This document shows positions 1 through 13,592 of a stretch of 64,000 bases of DNA, one piece after another (position 1 is the stretch's first letter; each line of letters begins with the position of its first letter). The position numbers were made by a program, and so were the translations under genes. Source of the DNA: Geosiphon pyriformis uo1 (Eukaryota > Fungi > Glomeromycota); NCBI GenBank assembly GCA_016748015.1, contig JAAOMT010000697.1, positions 1,073,152 to 1,137,151 of the forward strand, written 5' to 3'. The notes beneath the pieces were generated by a model. It did not search any database, was not told the origin of the DNA, and saw only the letters and a program-made list of their open reading frames with translations.

Positions 1-66
1 ACTTAAAATCAGTTCATTCAGTAAAGATAAAACTTTGCTCTAAACTATTCATTTCATTTCTCTTAG

Positions 67-1309
67 GTGCTGGTGAATCTGGCAAATCTACCATTCTAAA
101 ACAAATGAAATTGATCCATGACGGTGGATATTCACCCGAAGAACGAGAGTCATTCAAAGAAATAATTTTCTCAAACACTGTTCAATCCATGAGAGTCATC
201 TTAGATGCAATGGACAATATGAGTCTTTCATTAAGAAATGAAAGTAACCAGCGTTATGCAAATATTATAATGAATTTGCCCAATCAAATTGAAGGTGACA
301 ATCTACCTCCTGATGTGTCGACTGCCATCAAATGTTTATGGGCTGATCAAGCTGTACAGGATTGTTTTAGGCGTTCAAGAGAATATCAACTGAATGATTC
401 GGCAAAATAGTAAGTTTTCTCAAAGTTTTATTTTTAACTTATTATTACTATTACTATTACTATTATCATTATGTTTATTATGTTTAACAAAATAATCTAA
501 TGCTTTCCCCTTTCTATCTTCTTTCTCTTTCTAATTATATTCGATTCTCTTTCTTTTTAGTTATTTTGACTCCATAGATAGGATAGCTAGGCCAGAATAC
601 CTTCCAACTGACCAAGATGTACTGAGATCTCGTGTAAAAACTACTGGTATCACTGAAACAACATTCTTAATCGGAGAATTGACCTATAGAATGTTTGATG
701 TTGGTGGACAACGATCTGAACGTAAAAAGTGGATTCATTGCTTTGAAAATGTAACTGCCATCGTATTTTTGGTTGCTATTTCAGAATACGATCAACTTTT
801 ATTAGAAGATGAGACAGTGGTATGTATACTTTACCATCACCATCATCATCATCATCATCATCATCATCACCATCACCATCACTACCACCTATTGTTGTTC
901 TATCTCTTTTTTTTATCCATAAAATCTCTAAATTTTTCTTAATTCTTTTTTTCAACCTCTTGATTAGAATCGTATGCAAGAAGCTTTAACATTATTCGAT
1001 TCAATCTGCAATTCACGATGGTTCGTGAAAACATCAATCATATTATTCTTGAATAAGATTGATCGTTTCAAGGAGAAACTTCAAATCTCTCCGATGGAGA
1101 AATATTTTCCCGATTTTGAAGGTGGAAGTAATTATGAGGCCGCATGCGAATACATACTGAATCGATTTGTCGCCCTTAATCAATCCGATGTGAAACAAAT
1201 TTATACACACTTCACTTGTGCCACCGATACTCAACAGATCAAATTCGTAATGGCTGCCGTCAATGATATTATTATTCAAACGAATTTAAGAGACTGTGGG
1301 CTACTATAA
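67..1309 (+). CDS. GPA1: Heterotrimeric G protein alpha subunit, fungal group I (Gi-like); 5' end lies outside the window. Exons 67-409, 561-819, 968-1309
   Basis: Spliced translation gives GAGESGKST (P-loop), [31 protein letters not shown] and C-terminal LRDCGLL. All introns are GT-AG and keep frame. Confidence 0.96.
834..886. repeat. (CAT/CAC)n microsatellite in a G-alpha intron
   Basis: Seen directly; explains the spurious poly-His and poly-Asp ORFs. Confidence 0.95.
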
Positions 1310-2499
1310 AATAAATCGGGGGAAAAAAAAATCAACTTTCAAAACTCATTTTTGCAATGTATTGGCAAAATGATTCACACAATAACTCTTACTATCATCT
1401 TCATCTTCATTGTCATGAATAGCATCATTAACATCAACATTAACTTTTAAATATCCTTATGTAAACCTAATTATTAAGCAAAAAATTTTGGATTTGGATT
1501 CTCTATCCCATTATACCATCCAAGTCAAGTCTGTATGTAAAGCAAATAATTCTCCTATAAGCCTAAAGTTATTTTAATAGCTTAGTTGTTCTTTTCTAAA
1601 ACAGCAACAACATATTTGTTTTACTCAGTTTCTCCCATTTTTCTTTCCTACTTCTAAAATTTCCTTGAGTTTCGTTGGCTATTAAACCGCGTTTTTCATC
1701 CCCCAAATCAACTTGTTCTCCCATCATCGAAAAATGAATTTTTATAATCTTTATTTTTCTATTTTCCCATTTCCTCATGTTCTCATTTGACATCGGGATT
1801 TCACCAGGATTGATTATGTTTCTCTCTTTATATATATAGATATTATGTATAATCTTCAATCACGACTTCCCGTTTTTTCTTATCATAGACTTTTCCTTAA
1901 TTAAAAATGTCTGATGAGTTCGTGAAAAACAACTGGGGCTAAACTTTTTGAATCAAAAAGCCACCAATCTACCCAATATTTTCGTTTTGTTAAATTCCTT
2001 TTTTCATCTATATAGTATAAATCCCCCACTCGTCATTGCATGCACAAAATCTATAATAGTTAATAGTATTATCTTCATAATCAATATTATCCTTTATAAA
2101 CATGTTACCATACCATCAACCATCATAATCATCATCATCATTGAAAATGTTTACATTGAAGCCACGCGAGTTTGGCTTTCATCTCAATAATACAATTTAT
2201 TTTATTGATTTCATTGGTATCTCGATGGTTTGGAAAAATATAGAGCACTCGAGTTGATTTTAGGTTACTATTTATTGTCTGGTGGATTTTTTTGTTGACA
2301 GTCGGCGAGTCGTTTGTTTTGGTTTTGCTGTTGTGGTATTGGAATTTTGAATTATTTTCTTATATAATATATATTCTTTGCAAGTTTAAAAGGCCGAAAA
2401 AATGTGATCAAGATTGATGCTGATGTTTTGAATTGGGAAAATTTGAAAATAATTAAATCAAAACATCTAGTTCGTTGAATCGAGTCTTTCAAATTATTA

Positions 2500-5400
2500 T
2501 ATAGCATTTAATTTGAATTTATTTATTCATAGTAATGGTTTTTCAACAAAATTTATTTATTTTTAACATTGTATTTATTAAAATATAATTAAAAATTTAT
2601 CAATAAAAAACAAAATTTTATTATTACAATTTTGTAATAGTTTAACATTAATTTTCTTTTGAAATTTGAATTTTATTTTATTTATTTTACTTTATTTTAT
2701 TTTATTTTATTTTATTTTATGTTTTATTTAATCTTTTAAATCTTTTTTTTTTTAATTTTGAAACTCATATTTTTATTATTTTGTTTTTTTTTAAATCATG
2801 ATTCAAGTTTTGGTTTATAAAAAAAAGCATAATATTAAATATTAATAATAGATATTGAAAATGAGTAGTTTATTTTATTTTTAAATTTTGTTATATTTTT
2901 TGTATTTTTTTTTAGAAAAATAAATTTATTAATTAATTTATATTTTTTTAAATTAATTGATTTTAGATTTATTAATTGATTAATTGATTAAATAATTCAT
3001 AATTATATTTATTTATTAAAAAATTTACAATTTCTTAAATTATTTAAACCAATTTTTATATATATATTAAAATATTGTTATTTTTATTATTAATCTGAAA
3101 TTTGAAAAAAATAGTTTTTAATAATTTAAATTCAAATAATTTGTGTTTTAATATTTTATAATATTATTAATAATTAAAAAAAATTTTTACTTAATTTTAT
3201 ATTTAATTTAATTTGTTTTTACAAATTTTAAGAATAAATAATAATAATAATAATAAATATTTACCAACTTTTTTTTTTATATTTGAAATTTTTTTGAAAA
3301 AAAGTTTTATTATATTATTTTTTAGTTTTTTAATATTTTATAAAGTATTAACTTCTTTATTTAAATACTAATAGTTATTAATAATAATAATATAAATAAA
3401 AAAAAGTTTGTAAAAACTATTATATATATAATTTTATTAAAAACAATTATTTTTCTAAATAATTTTTTGTTTATAAGCAACAAAATAGCTATGTTTAATG
3501 TTTTTAAATAATATAAAAACTAATTCTAAATATGAATTAAAAAAATTTGTAATAATTAATATTGAATTTAATATTAATCATAAAAATAATTTTTTTTAAT
3601 TATATTTATTTTAATAAAATTAATTATATTATAACAGATTTAAGTTTATTTAATAGATAATAATTAAATTATGATTTTTTTCTTTTTTTTAGAAAATATT
3701 TAATGAATTTTTTTTTGTGTAAAATAATAAAAAAAGTAAATTTGCATAAATACAAAATAAATATTTAGTTTATTAATAAAATTAATAAACAATAACAGAA
3801 TTTAGACTTAATTATGTATTTTATAATTAAAATATTTATTAACAATATAATTTAAATTAGCAATTATTATATAATAACACAAAATATTACTAAATAATTT
3901 TTTATTATCAATATTTTTATTAAAAATAAAAAAACTATTATTATTTTTTATTAATTTTAAAATTAAATTTATTAATATAGTTAAATTAAACAAATTATAT
4001 TAATATTTAGATATTTTATTTTTTATAAAAAATTTAAATATTTTTAATTTAAAGAAAACAGATTTAAATATATATAAAAAATAATTTTAAATAAGCAATT
4101 TATATATTTAATTACAGTAATTTTGTTTGTTAAATATTCCACATAATTTAGTTTTATTAATAATAAAATATTGATAAAATAAAATAAATTGGTTTATAAA
4201 TGTTTTGAATTAAAGATTAATCTATTAAAAATATTATAATTAAAGCTATTTATCATTTTATATTGTATAATATTAAGTTTTTTAATTAAATTTAGTTAAT
4301 TATTTTTTGATGAGTATAATAAATTTGTTTAAAAAAATTGAGATTATTATAAAAAATATTAACAATTTTTTTTAATTATATTGTAAATATATTAGTTTTG
4401 TTTATATTAAGTAAATTTGGTTTTTATAAACTGGTTAAACATTTTAAAAAACTGAAATTATTTTTATAAATTATTTAAAAAATAAAAATAACTGTGTAAT
4501 TAACTAAAAAAAATTTTTTAAAAAAAACAAAAATTTATATTTTAAATAATTTAAGATTGTTGTTTTTTTTTATTAATTTTAAATATTAATATATATATAA
4601 TAAATTTAATTATAATATTTATTTCTATTAATATATATAATTTTATATAATTGTTTTTGGTATTAGTAACTAACTAGTTTTCTATAATTTTAATATTTTA
4701 ACAATTTTTATTAATAGTTTTATAAGAAATTTTGTTTTTTTTATAATTAATAATATTATTGTATTTTTAAGAACATAAATCATAATATAAAAGTTAAAAT
4801 ATATAATATAATATTATTTATTTTGATTAAACTTATTATCATAATTTTGGTTTTAAAATATATTTTAATAAATAATTTAATTGTTATTTATATATATGAA
4901 TTTGGTAAATAGTTAATTATATCTGATTTTTAATATTAATATTAAATAAAAAAATACAAAATTAATATTATTATTTAAAATAAAATATTATTAATAAATT
5001 AAACCAAAGTTAAAAATTATTTTACTATTTTAAACAATAAAATAACAAATTATATGACTAATAAAATTTTAAAATATTTTTTTTATAAACATAATAACAT
5101 AACTTTTTTTAATAATATTTGATATTTTGTATATAATATTTATAATATATTTTGTTATATTTAATAAAAATTAAAGTTTGAAAAAAAATTTTGGATATAA
5201 GTTTTATAAATACCAAAAAATACAATATAAATTATATAAGTGTTGTTTATATTAAGTATAATATTTTAAAATTATTAAATTATAATTTATATAAAAAAAA
5301 TTTTAGTTTAATATAAAAAATTGTTTCTAATTATGCTGTTATATAGTATTATTAATTTGGTTTAATTACTTAAAATTTTAAAATTTTGTAAAATTTTTGT

Positions 5401-6004
5401 GTTTTATTTTTTTAAAATAAGTTTTGTTATTTTTTTTAGTAAAAAATTGTATGTTGCTTTGACAAAAAACTTTGTATTTAAGTTTTAATTTAATAATATT
5501 TGTAAAATTTTTGGATCTGCAAAATTAAATAATTTTAAGATAATAAAATTTGTTTGTTATTTACTTTATTTTAATAAAAAAAAGTATAATTACTTAAAGC
5601 AAAACTACATGTTACTTTTAAAAAAACAATATATTATCTATAAAAAATATTTTTAAATATTTTTAAAAATAATAATAATAATATATTATGTAGTTTTAAT
5701 CTTTTTAAATTAAATTTATTTATGTTTAAATATTTATATTATGCTAAGTTTTATAATTAAATTAGGTTTTTTTATATTTTATTAATTATTATTTAATATA
5801 TAATAAATTAATTATTTTTGTTAATATTATATAATATAATTTTAATTAATTTAAATAAAAACTTATAAATTATAATTATTTATAAAATTTTTAAATTTTA
5901 TATTATAGTTAATAATTAAATTACATTTTGTTAAAATATTATAAAAATAAAAATAAAATTGTTTTAAATTTATTAATTAAATTATTTTAAAAAAATTTAA
6001 TTTT
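2500..6004. other. Extremely AT-rich tract, probably decayed transposable-element sequence
   Basis: Very low GC, almost no CpG, no credible ORF; texture resembles the recognisable relics elsewhere in the window. Confidence 0.55.
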
Positions 6005-6016
6005 ATAATAATATTT

Positions 6017-9000
6017 TCCAGATTTCATAAGCTAGAATTGCTGATATCTAAATTGGTCAAGGCCTCATGTTCGGTTTCCAGTAATGATTTTGTTTCTTTG
6101 CTCAAGGTATAGAACAGACTCAATTCTACTGGTGCATTGACAGTAAAGTCCCTTTTACTTTTAGGTTTTAATTTTGATGTCATTCACTCTGCACTGGTCA
6201 AAGCAAAAAAGTTGTACTGCTCTTCTAAATTGTTGGAATCCAAACGTGCTGAGGAATCATCTATTAAGCAAGCCATTAATAAAAAAATGGAGAGTTTTGA
6301 GCTGGACAAAGACCATACCATCAAGAGTGTGTTAGAGTGTTCTTTCCACAAAGTGGTCTTAGATTATCTTGTTATGGGGGATAAGTTAATTTTGGAACCT
6401 GATTTGGTCAAGCCTAAGGTGGATAAGATCATGGAAGAGTGGACCAGAAAACACAGGGTGGTATTTGACATTTCCAATAATTGGGCCTGCCAATATTAGC
6501 CTCTAAATTACATGTTCAATGGTGCTTTTTCTGGGGTTATGTGTCCTATTGGTTTTGATAAGATGTCTGCCATTGTCAAGGAGCTTCCTGATGGGAAAGC
6601 TGCTGGACTTTCTGGCATCTCTAATGAATTGTGGAAACAATATGACAAGTCAGTTTTGGATATGCTTCTGGTGCTTTTGAACTTTTGTTTGGTTGGTGAA
6701 TCAGTTCTTGGACCTTGGAGGAAAGCTTGGGTCTCAATGATCCTGAAACCTTATGAATAAGAGAGAGTTCTCATGAACACCTGTCCTATTGTTTTGATCG
6801 AAATGGCCCACAAGATTTTTTCTAAGGTTCTTTCAGATAGAATTTCTTCAGCTTGCAGTATGTTTAATGTTCTTCATGGGAACAATTTTTCTGTTCTAAA
6901 AAATACGGTTTTTTGCTAATTTTGTTTTGAAAAAAGTGGTTTTAGATAAACAGTTTGCATATTTGGTGTCTGCTGTACTCTTTCCGATTGTCTGCTACAG
7001 GATGCAGTTCAGTTATGTTCCTTTAAGTGTGTGCAATAAGTGGGATGCCATGATTTACAAAGACTTGAAGTCTAAGACTGGCCTTCCATTCGACTTTTCC
7101 AATGATACACTCCATTATCTCTCTTTGTATAGTTTGAGAACTTTCGAACAAATTCAGGCTGAAAGCAAATTGGCTTCTGTTGGGTTATTGGGTCGCTTAT
7201 TCTTTCACAGGTCTCATGACCTTTAGGTTCTCAATTGGCATCCCCATCATCCTTTGCAATTTCCAGTTTGTATTAAGGTCTGTCCTATAAACAATTTTTT
7301 GGCTGGGGTGGCCCATATCCTTTTTGGATGTGATTTGTCTCTTGGTGGTTTTTTTCTTAGCACTTTTCGTTTTTGTGGTGGTTCTCCTATGTCTCTTGTT
7401 CTTGGTAAGCATTGCTTTTCCAAGTATGTTTTCTTACTCTGCCACTATAGTGTTGCTTTCATGGAGCAGTTACGTAACTGGGCCAGTGCTGTTTTTAGTT
7501 AGAATATCTTCAAGTACTAGAAAAGACTGGACTCCTATAGTCCAGTTCCTCTTTGGTTTGATCTCTTTGTACAATTTCTTGGTAGTGTTGTTTCTTCTTC
7601 TTCTGTTTGTCTTCTCTCCATGGATGGTCATGCTCTTTCTGATGTTCTTCAATCACACAATTTTGGTGTTGTTTGTGATGCTTTGCTAAACACTAATGCT
7701 GATGTTAGTCTTTCTGTGTATATGAATAGGTCTCTAAGTGGTTTGGGTACTGTTAGTATGAAGGCTGGTGCTGCTGCTTTTTTCAAGGACATTCATTTGG
7801 TTTTGGATGTAAGAGTTTCTGACATGGTTTCCTTAATGCTGGTAAAATTACAGGCTATTGCTTTGGCACTTGAGTGTATTCCTCTTTTTTGTTCAATTGA
7901 CTTATTCTTAGACAGCCAAGTGGCTTTGAATGCATATGAGTCTGAGTCTTTGTTAATTTGTCCTGATTTTAGGAATCAGTGCTGGATCAAGCATTGCCAC
8001 ATTACTGATGTTATTTGGAATAAGAATTTGAATATAAATTGGGTCAAAATTAAGAGTCATTCAGGTGTCTCAAGCAATGAGCAAGCTGATGCACTTGCTA
8101 AGGTGGCAGCTTCTTCTTCTTGGTGGCTACCTTATAGAATTGGTGAGCATTTTTTAAGAGATGGTGGTTCTGTGGTTTCTGGTAATTTGAGACACTTTGT
8201 TTGTGATGTTTTTTGGTCTGTTAACCAAATGCGTTGAAAGGTTGGCTCTGGTTCTCAAGTTGTGATTGGTGGTTTACGTGGTAATATTGATTGGTCCAAA
8301 TCTTCTTTGGTGTGACACTCCGATTTCCACATGGCTGTTGGTTCTACTAGTGCACAAATGGTTGGCCTTCGGACTTACTTTATGAAGGCTTTGCATCACC
8401 AACTCCCTGTGGTTATGTATAAGCATCTGTATGATAGACATTATCCCAGCATGGTGTGTTTATTCTGTGGTAATGTTAAGATTTCTGATCACATCTTTTT
8501 TTGCTCCTTTGATGCTGCTGGTTGTTCTCGTTTGATGAATACTTTTGCAGTGACTTGGAAAACCTGTTCTGGTTTATCTTATTCCTCTTCTTGTGTTTCG
8601 CAGTTGTTGTCTACTTGCGCATTTGACATTGCAACTGGTGCAGCTTTGTACAAGGGTTTTGTTTTCAGAGATTGGTATCAGGAATCTGTTTCCACTTTTA
8701 AGAACCCTAAGGTGGTGGCTACTAATATAGTGAACTTTGTGTGTGATTTTTGTATTGCATTCTGGGATGATATTTGGCTGGTCTATGTAAAACACCATGC
8801 TGTTATGGAGAGGAACGGGCTGATTTTACATGATGACTCCATTCCTGTCTCTGTTTCTGGTTTTTCTGAGTGTTTTTTGTCTGGTATTGTTAGATTGTTG
8901 GGAGTTGCTAAAGCGTTTGGCATTGGTTTCGGGTTTTGTAAGTCCTATTTGTTTTTCTCTGGTACTTGTAACAAGGTTTTGGTTCATATAGGTGTCTAGT

Positions 9001-9131
9001 GTAGTCTTGACTGGTTTGAGTGGCTGGTCACGTGTAGTAAGAGCATGATTTGTGCCTAGTTTAGATCATTTGAATGATGTATTGCACTAAGTAGTGTTTG
9101 GACTTCACTCATTAAACGTTAATAAAAAAAA
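6017..9131 (+). mobile_element. 5'-truncated, degenerate non-LTR retrotransposon (LINE) ORF2: RT N-terminal region, RNase H, C-terminal Cys/His finger, 3' UTR and A/TAA tail
   Basis: LPDGKAAGLSGISNELWK (RT N-terminal); RNase H motifs VYMNRSL (from VYTDGS), KLQAIALAL, FLDSQ, WVKIKSHSGVSSNEQADALAK; CLFCGNVKISDHIFFC; many stops. Candidate target-site duplication ATAATAATATTT at 6005-6016 and 9132-9143. Confidence 0.9.
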
Positions 9132-9377
9132 ATAATAATATTTATTTATAAGTATTAATTATGATTATTTTATTTATATTATTAAAAATTAATTATAAAA
9201 ATATATATATATAATTCAATTTTTTTATTAATTGCTATTTTTATGTTATAAAAATTTTATATATATTTAAAACCAGTTTTTATATTATTAAAATTTTTTT
9301 ATTAATATACTTAAAATTCAAAAAATTATTTAATATTTATTTTAAATTTAAAAATACTTTTTATTTTTTTTTATTTT

Positions 9378-11650
9378 ATGATTATAACTAAAACAAAGAG
9401 TAAAAAAAAATTTATAATTACAACCAAAGCAAAGAGTAAAAAAACTATAACTGATATTTTTTTTTGGTATCTTATAAAGTTTTAATCAGAAAAGTTTTCT
9501 CTGTTGTAAAACCAGTTAAACAGAATGTCTTAGAAATTTTTTTTTTAACTAATAATAGTAAAAAGCTGCTTTTAGTGATTATTAAAGCATTTTTTTTATT
9601 TTTGGCTGGTTTTTTATTAGTTAAAATTCTTTTAAAAAAACACACATGAATTAATTCTAGTGTTGTCTCTACTTTTACTAAAAATCCAAAAGTTTTTAAA
9701 AGTAAGCCAATTAACAAACTAGTTTTCTTAACTATTGTTATTATATTTGGTATTATTAATATTACTTCTTTAAAAATAACCAGAAAGACCAAAAATTTCA
9801 AAAAACAAAAGTATTTACTTACTTCTACTATTATTATATTAAACTTTTTTGTAATTTTAGATAAAATTTCTATTATATTATTTGGCATATTATTTAAAAT
9901 AAGCCAAGATCAATTACTGGCTGTGTTGTCAAATGTAATTTTTTTTAGCAAATTATTATTAATTTTAGAAACAAAACAACAGTTTTTTGTTGAATTATTT
10001 GTTATTAAAAACTGGACTGATTAAATGTAAACTAAATCATTTTTTTTGCTGATTTTTAATACTGTTATTAGTGATGCTTGAGAAACTATCTTTAATTATC
10101 AAAAATTTGCTAAGTAAATAATCTTTACTCTGTTGTTTAGTATTATTTTCAAGATTAAAGTGGCTTATATTAAGACTGTTTTTCAGTTTGTACATGGTTT
10201 TTTGAATACAAAATCAGTATCAAAAGACAATATAAAACTTTTTTGCATAGAATTTGTTTCTTAAAAGTTTTTGAAAGCTGTATTTCTGGTTGAACTTACA
10301 AACTTTGTTTGTTTAACTACTCTTAAAATTGCCAAATCTTTGGTAATTTCTGAATCTGGTTTTTTTTGCTACTATTGCACTGCATGATATGTCTTTAAAT
10401 GTATTTGCTATTAACATAAAAACAATACTTAGTGTGTTTAACAAGATTGCCAATGTTGTATTAAAGTCTGTTAATGTTTGACAATACATAATTTTTTATT
10501 TTAAAAAACTGAATACTGCTATGTCTATTCTAAATTATTGGTTAGTTTTGATAAACAAAAATAGTATTAAAATTTTTTAATTAATTAATTAAAATAAGAC
10601 TATTTTGTTTTAAAATTGGTTTAAAACCAAGTTAATCAACTTTTTTTCTGGTTGTACAATTTTAAAATCAGTAATATGATTTTGCAGATTGGTAATTAGT
10701 TTTGTTTTATTTTTTGTTTTCCTAATTTTAATTATTATTTATGATTTGTGCTGATTATATTTGGTTTTTAAGTAGATTTTAATACTGCAATAGTTAAAAT
10801 TAGTACATTAAAAAAGTGCTGTATATGGTAAAAAATTTTTGGCTGTTAATACTGTTTTTGGTATTAGAAAATAAGTTATCTGGCTATAAATTGTAAAGTG
10901 TTTTCATCTTTTTTTTCCAAAGTTCTTAAGATATTTATATCTTATTTTGTAAACTTTAAGTCTTATGTCAAGACTTTTGCTCCTGTTTGTTTTTCTGAAT
11001 TTTTTCTTTTGGCTGTTTTTGTTTTTCCTTCTATAGTTACTAATAATTCTTTAGTTTCTTTTTGATTGGCCTTTTTGAAATTTAATTTGACCAAATTAAC
11101 TATTTTGGTTAAATCTATTGTTAAAGTCTATTGGTTTTTTAATAATTGTATTTGAATAATTTATTATAAATAATTTTGTTTCAAGCAGCATCTTTAGTTT
11201 TAAAATCAATGAGCTTATAATATATCTGAATATTTTTAACAAGATTGTTAATAAATTAAAAAAAAGATGGTTTTATTAAAAAAAAATATTGTATAAAGAA
11301 TGTTAACATGTTTGATAGTTTAATATATTAAGCTATTGTGAATAATAAAATGTTTTCTAATTTAATATTACTTTAGATTTATAAATCTGTTAATATTAAA
11401 ACTAATTTCTTAAAAACAACTAAATAGATTGGATTAATATTTTATAATATTACTTTGTTTGATATAATTTAAAAAATATTTTCTTTGATTAAGTTTTTTT
11501 TTATAATATTAACATAATATAATCTAAACTAGTTTGAATAACTAGTTATATATAAAAAGTATGTAAACTATATTTAGCACTGAAATACTTAATTTGTTTT
11601 TAACTTTTAAGTAGTGATTGAATCTTATTTATTAAATATATAATAATAAA
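9378..11650 (+). mobile_element. Hypermutated ORF1/gag-like retroelement, copy A
   Basis: Aligns by eye with copies B and C. 10853-10894 reads C-FW-Y-*KIS-Y-LAIN-C, a CX2CX4HX4C knuckle after reverting single transitions. Ends in a LINE-like 3' UTR and (TAA)n. Confidence 0.75.
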
Positions 11651-13592
11651 AAGTTATTTTTAATGACTTTTAAAGTATTTTTTTCATTTTTAATTAGCAA
11701 TTTTTCTCTAATTAGTTTTTTTTAAAAACATATTTGAATTAATTTTAGTATTGTTTCTATTTTCTTTAAAAGCCTAAAAGTATTTAACAATAAACCAATT
11801 AAAAAGCTGATTTTTTCTGTCATTATTATTAACATTATTATTATCTTTTTGTAAATGGCCAAAAAAACCAAAAATTCAAAAAATAGCAATAATTACTAAT
11901 ATTTGCTATTATTATATCAAATTTTTTGGTAATTTTAAATAAAATTTTGAATAAAATCTTCTTAGTAGCAACCAGCTTTCTTTTTAATGTAAATAATAAC
12001 AACAATAACATGTTTTTTATAATAATTTAAGATTAATTATTAACTGTATTGTTAAATATAGTATCTTTTAACAAATTATTACCAATTTTAAAAACAAAAC
12101 AACTTATTAAGTTACTTGATTTTAAGAATTGAACTGATCAAATAGAAACTAAATTAACTTCATTTTTTTTGTTTTTAATATTGTTTTTAGTAATATCTAA
12201 AAAACAATTTTAGTTGTCAAAAGTTTTTTAAATAAATAATCTCTATTCTGATATTTGGTTTTATTTTTAAGATTAAGTTGGTTTTAAATAATTTTTTGTT
12301 TTATCTGTTGTCTGATTTTATTGAGTTTAAGTTAGTTTTTAAAGACAATATTAAATTGTTTTATGTAAATTTTGCTTTTAAAACTTCTTTAGTTGTTGCT
12401 ATCAAAGTTTTTATTAATGATTTTTTTTAACTATATTTAATATTGTAAAATCTTTTGTAGTAATATCTGGCTCTTTTTTTTTATGTCTGTAGTACTTTGT
12501 AATATTTTAATTAATATATTTTCTAATAATATTAAAAATATTATTGGTATTTTTAATGTTGTTACTTCTATTAAATTAAAGCTTATTGGTTTATGGAAAT
12601 ATGTTGTTATTAATTTAAGAACTTTTTTTTTGCTTCTGTTGTTCTTAGTAACTAGTTTGTACTAATAAAAAAAGACAATATTTAAATTTTTTTTTTAATT
12701 AAAAAGAGATTATTACTTTAAAAAATTTTTTTAAGACCAAATTAGTTAATTTTTTCTTTAGCTGTACTGTTTTTAAAATTAATAATATAATTTTTCAAAT
12801 TGATGACCATATTTGTTTTATTTCTTGTTTTTTAAATTTTTATTATTATTAATATTTTGTTGTTGTTACTTTTGAGTCTTTTATATTATTTGTTATTAAT
12901 AATAAAACTTATATTATGACTTTTGCCTTTTTAATTCTTTTTTTTGCTGTTTTTTTGGTTGTTTTTGCTGCTAATTTTGCTATTAAATTTAGGTTAAACT
13001 TATTAGAATTTCAAATCTCAAACTTAATTGTTTTAATAAAATTTATTGTTAAATCTATTGGTTTTTTAGTTGCTTTAATAACTTTTTTATATTTAAAAAT
13101 ATGCATAAAAAACACAAAGTTAAAAAAAATTTGCTTATTATGCTTAATGTTTTCCAAAACTTTGTTTTTTTTTTGGCTAATATGTTTAAAAACTTTGTTT
13201 GTCTTAAAATTAAAATTAAATTTAATAACATAAATAATAATAATTTAAGTATTGCCAAAACATATTCTTTGAGTAAAAAAAATATAATCATATAATTACT
13301 TTATAATAAATATGTAGTTTTGGTGTTAAAAATAATATTAAAAAAATTAAATTGTTTTTAAATAAGTTTATTTTTGATTTTAGAAATTTAAATAGTATTA
13401 TTAAGAAACTTAATAAGCAAAGTTTATTTTTAGCTTTTTTTAATTTAGTTTAGTTAGTGTTTTGACTAATTTAAGTGGTTAGTCACATGTAAAAAATACA
13501 TAATTAATATTTAATTTAAGTTACTTAGTTTGATATATTATATTAAATGGTTTTTAAATACACTTTATTAAAATATAATAATAATAATAAAA
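11651..13592 (+). mobile_element. Hypermutated ORF1-like retroelement, copy B (5'-truncated, zinc-knuckle region deleted)
   Basis: Colinear with copy A from about 9560. 3' motif ttgactaatttaagtggttagtcacatgta at about 13461-13490, then a (TAA)n tail. Confidence 0.72.

Noticed and set aside
679-942. G-alpha ORF with a poly-His tail
   Set aside because: Read-through into an intron microsatellite; the donor is at 820.
1596-2190. Short ORFs downstream of G-alpha
   Set aside because: Low-complexity 3' UTR or intergenic sequence without coding signal.
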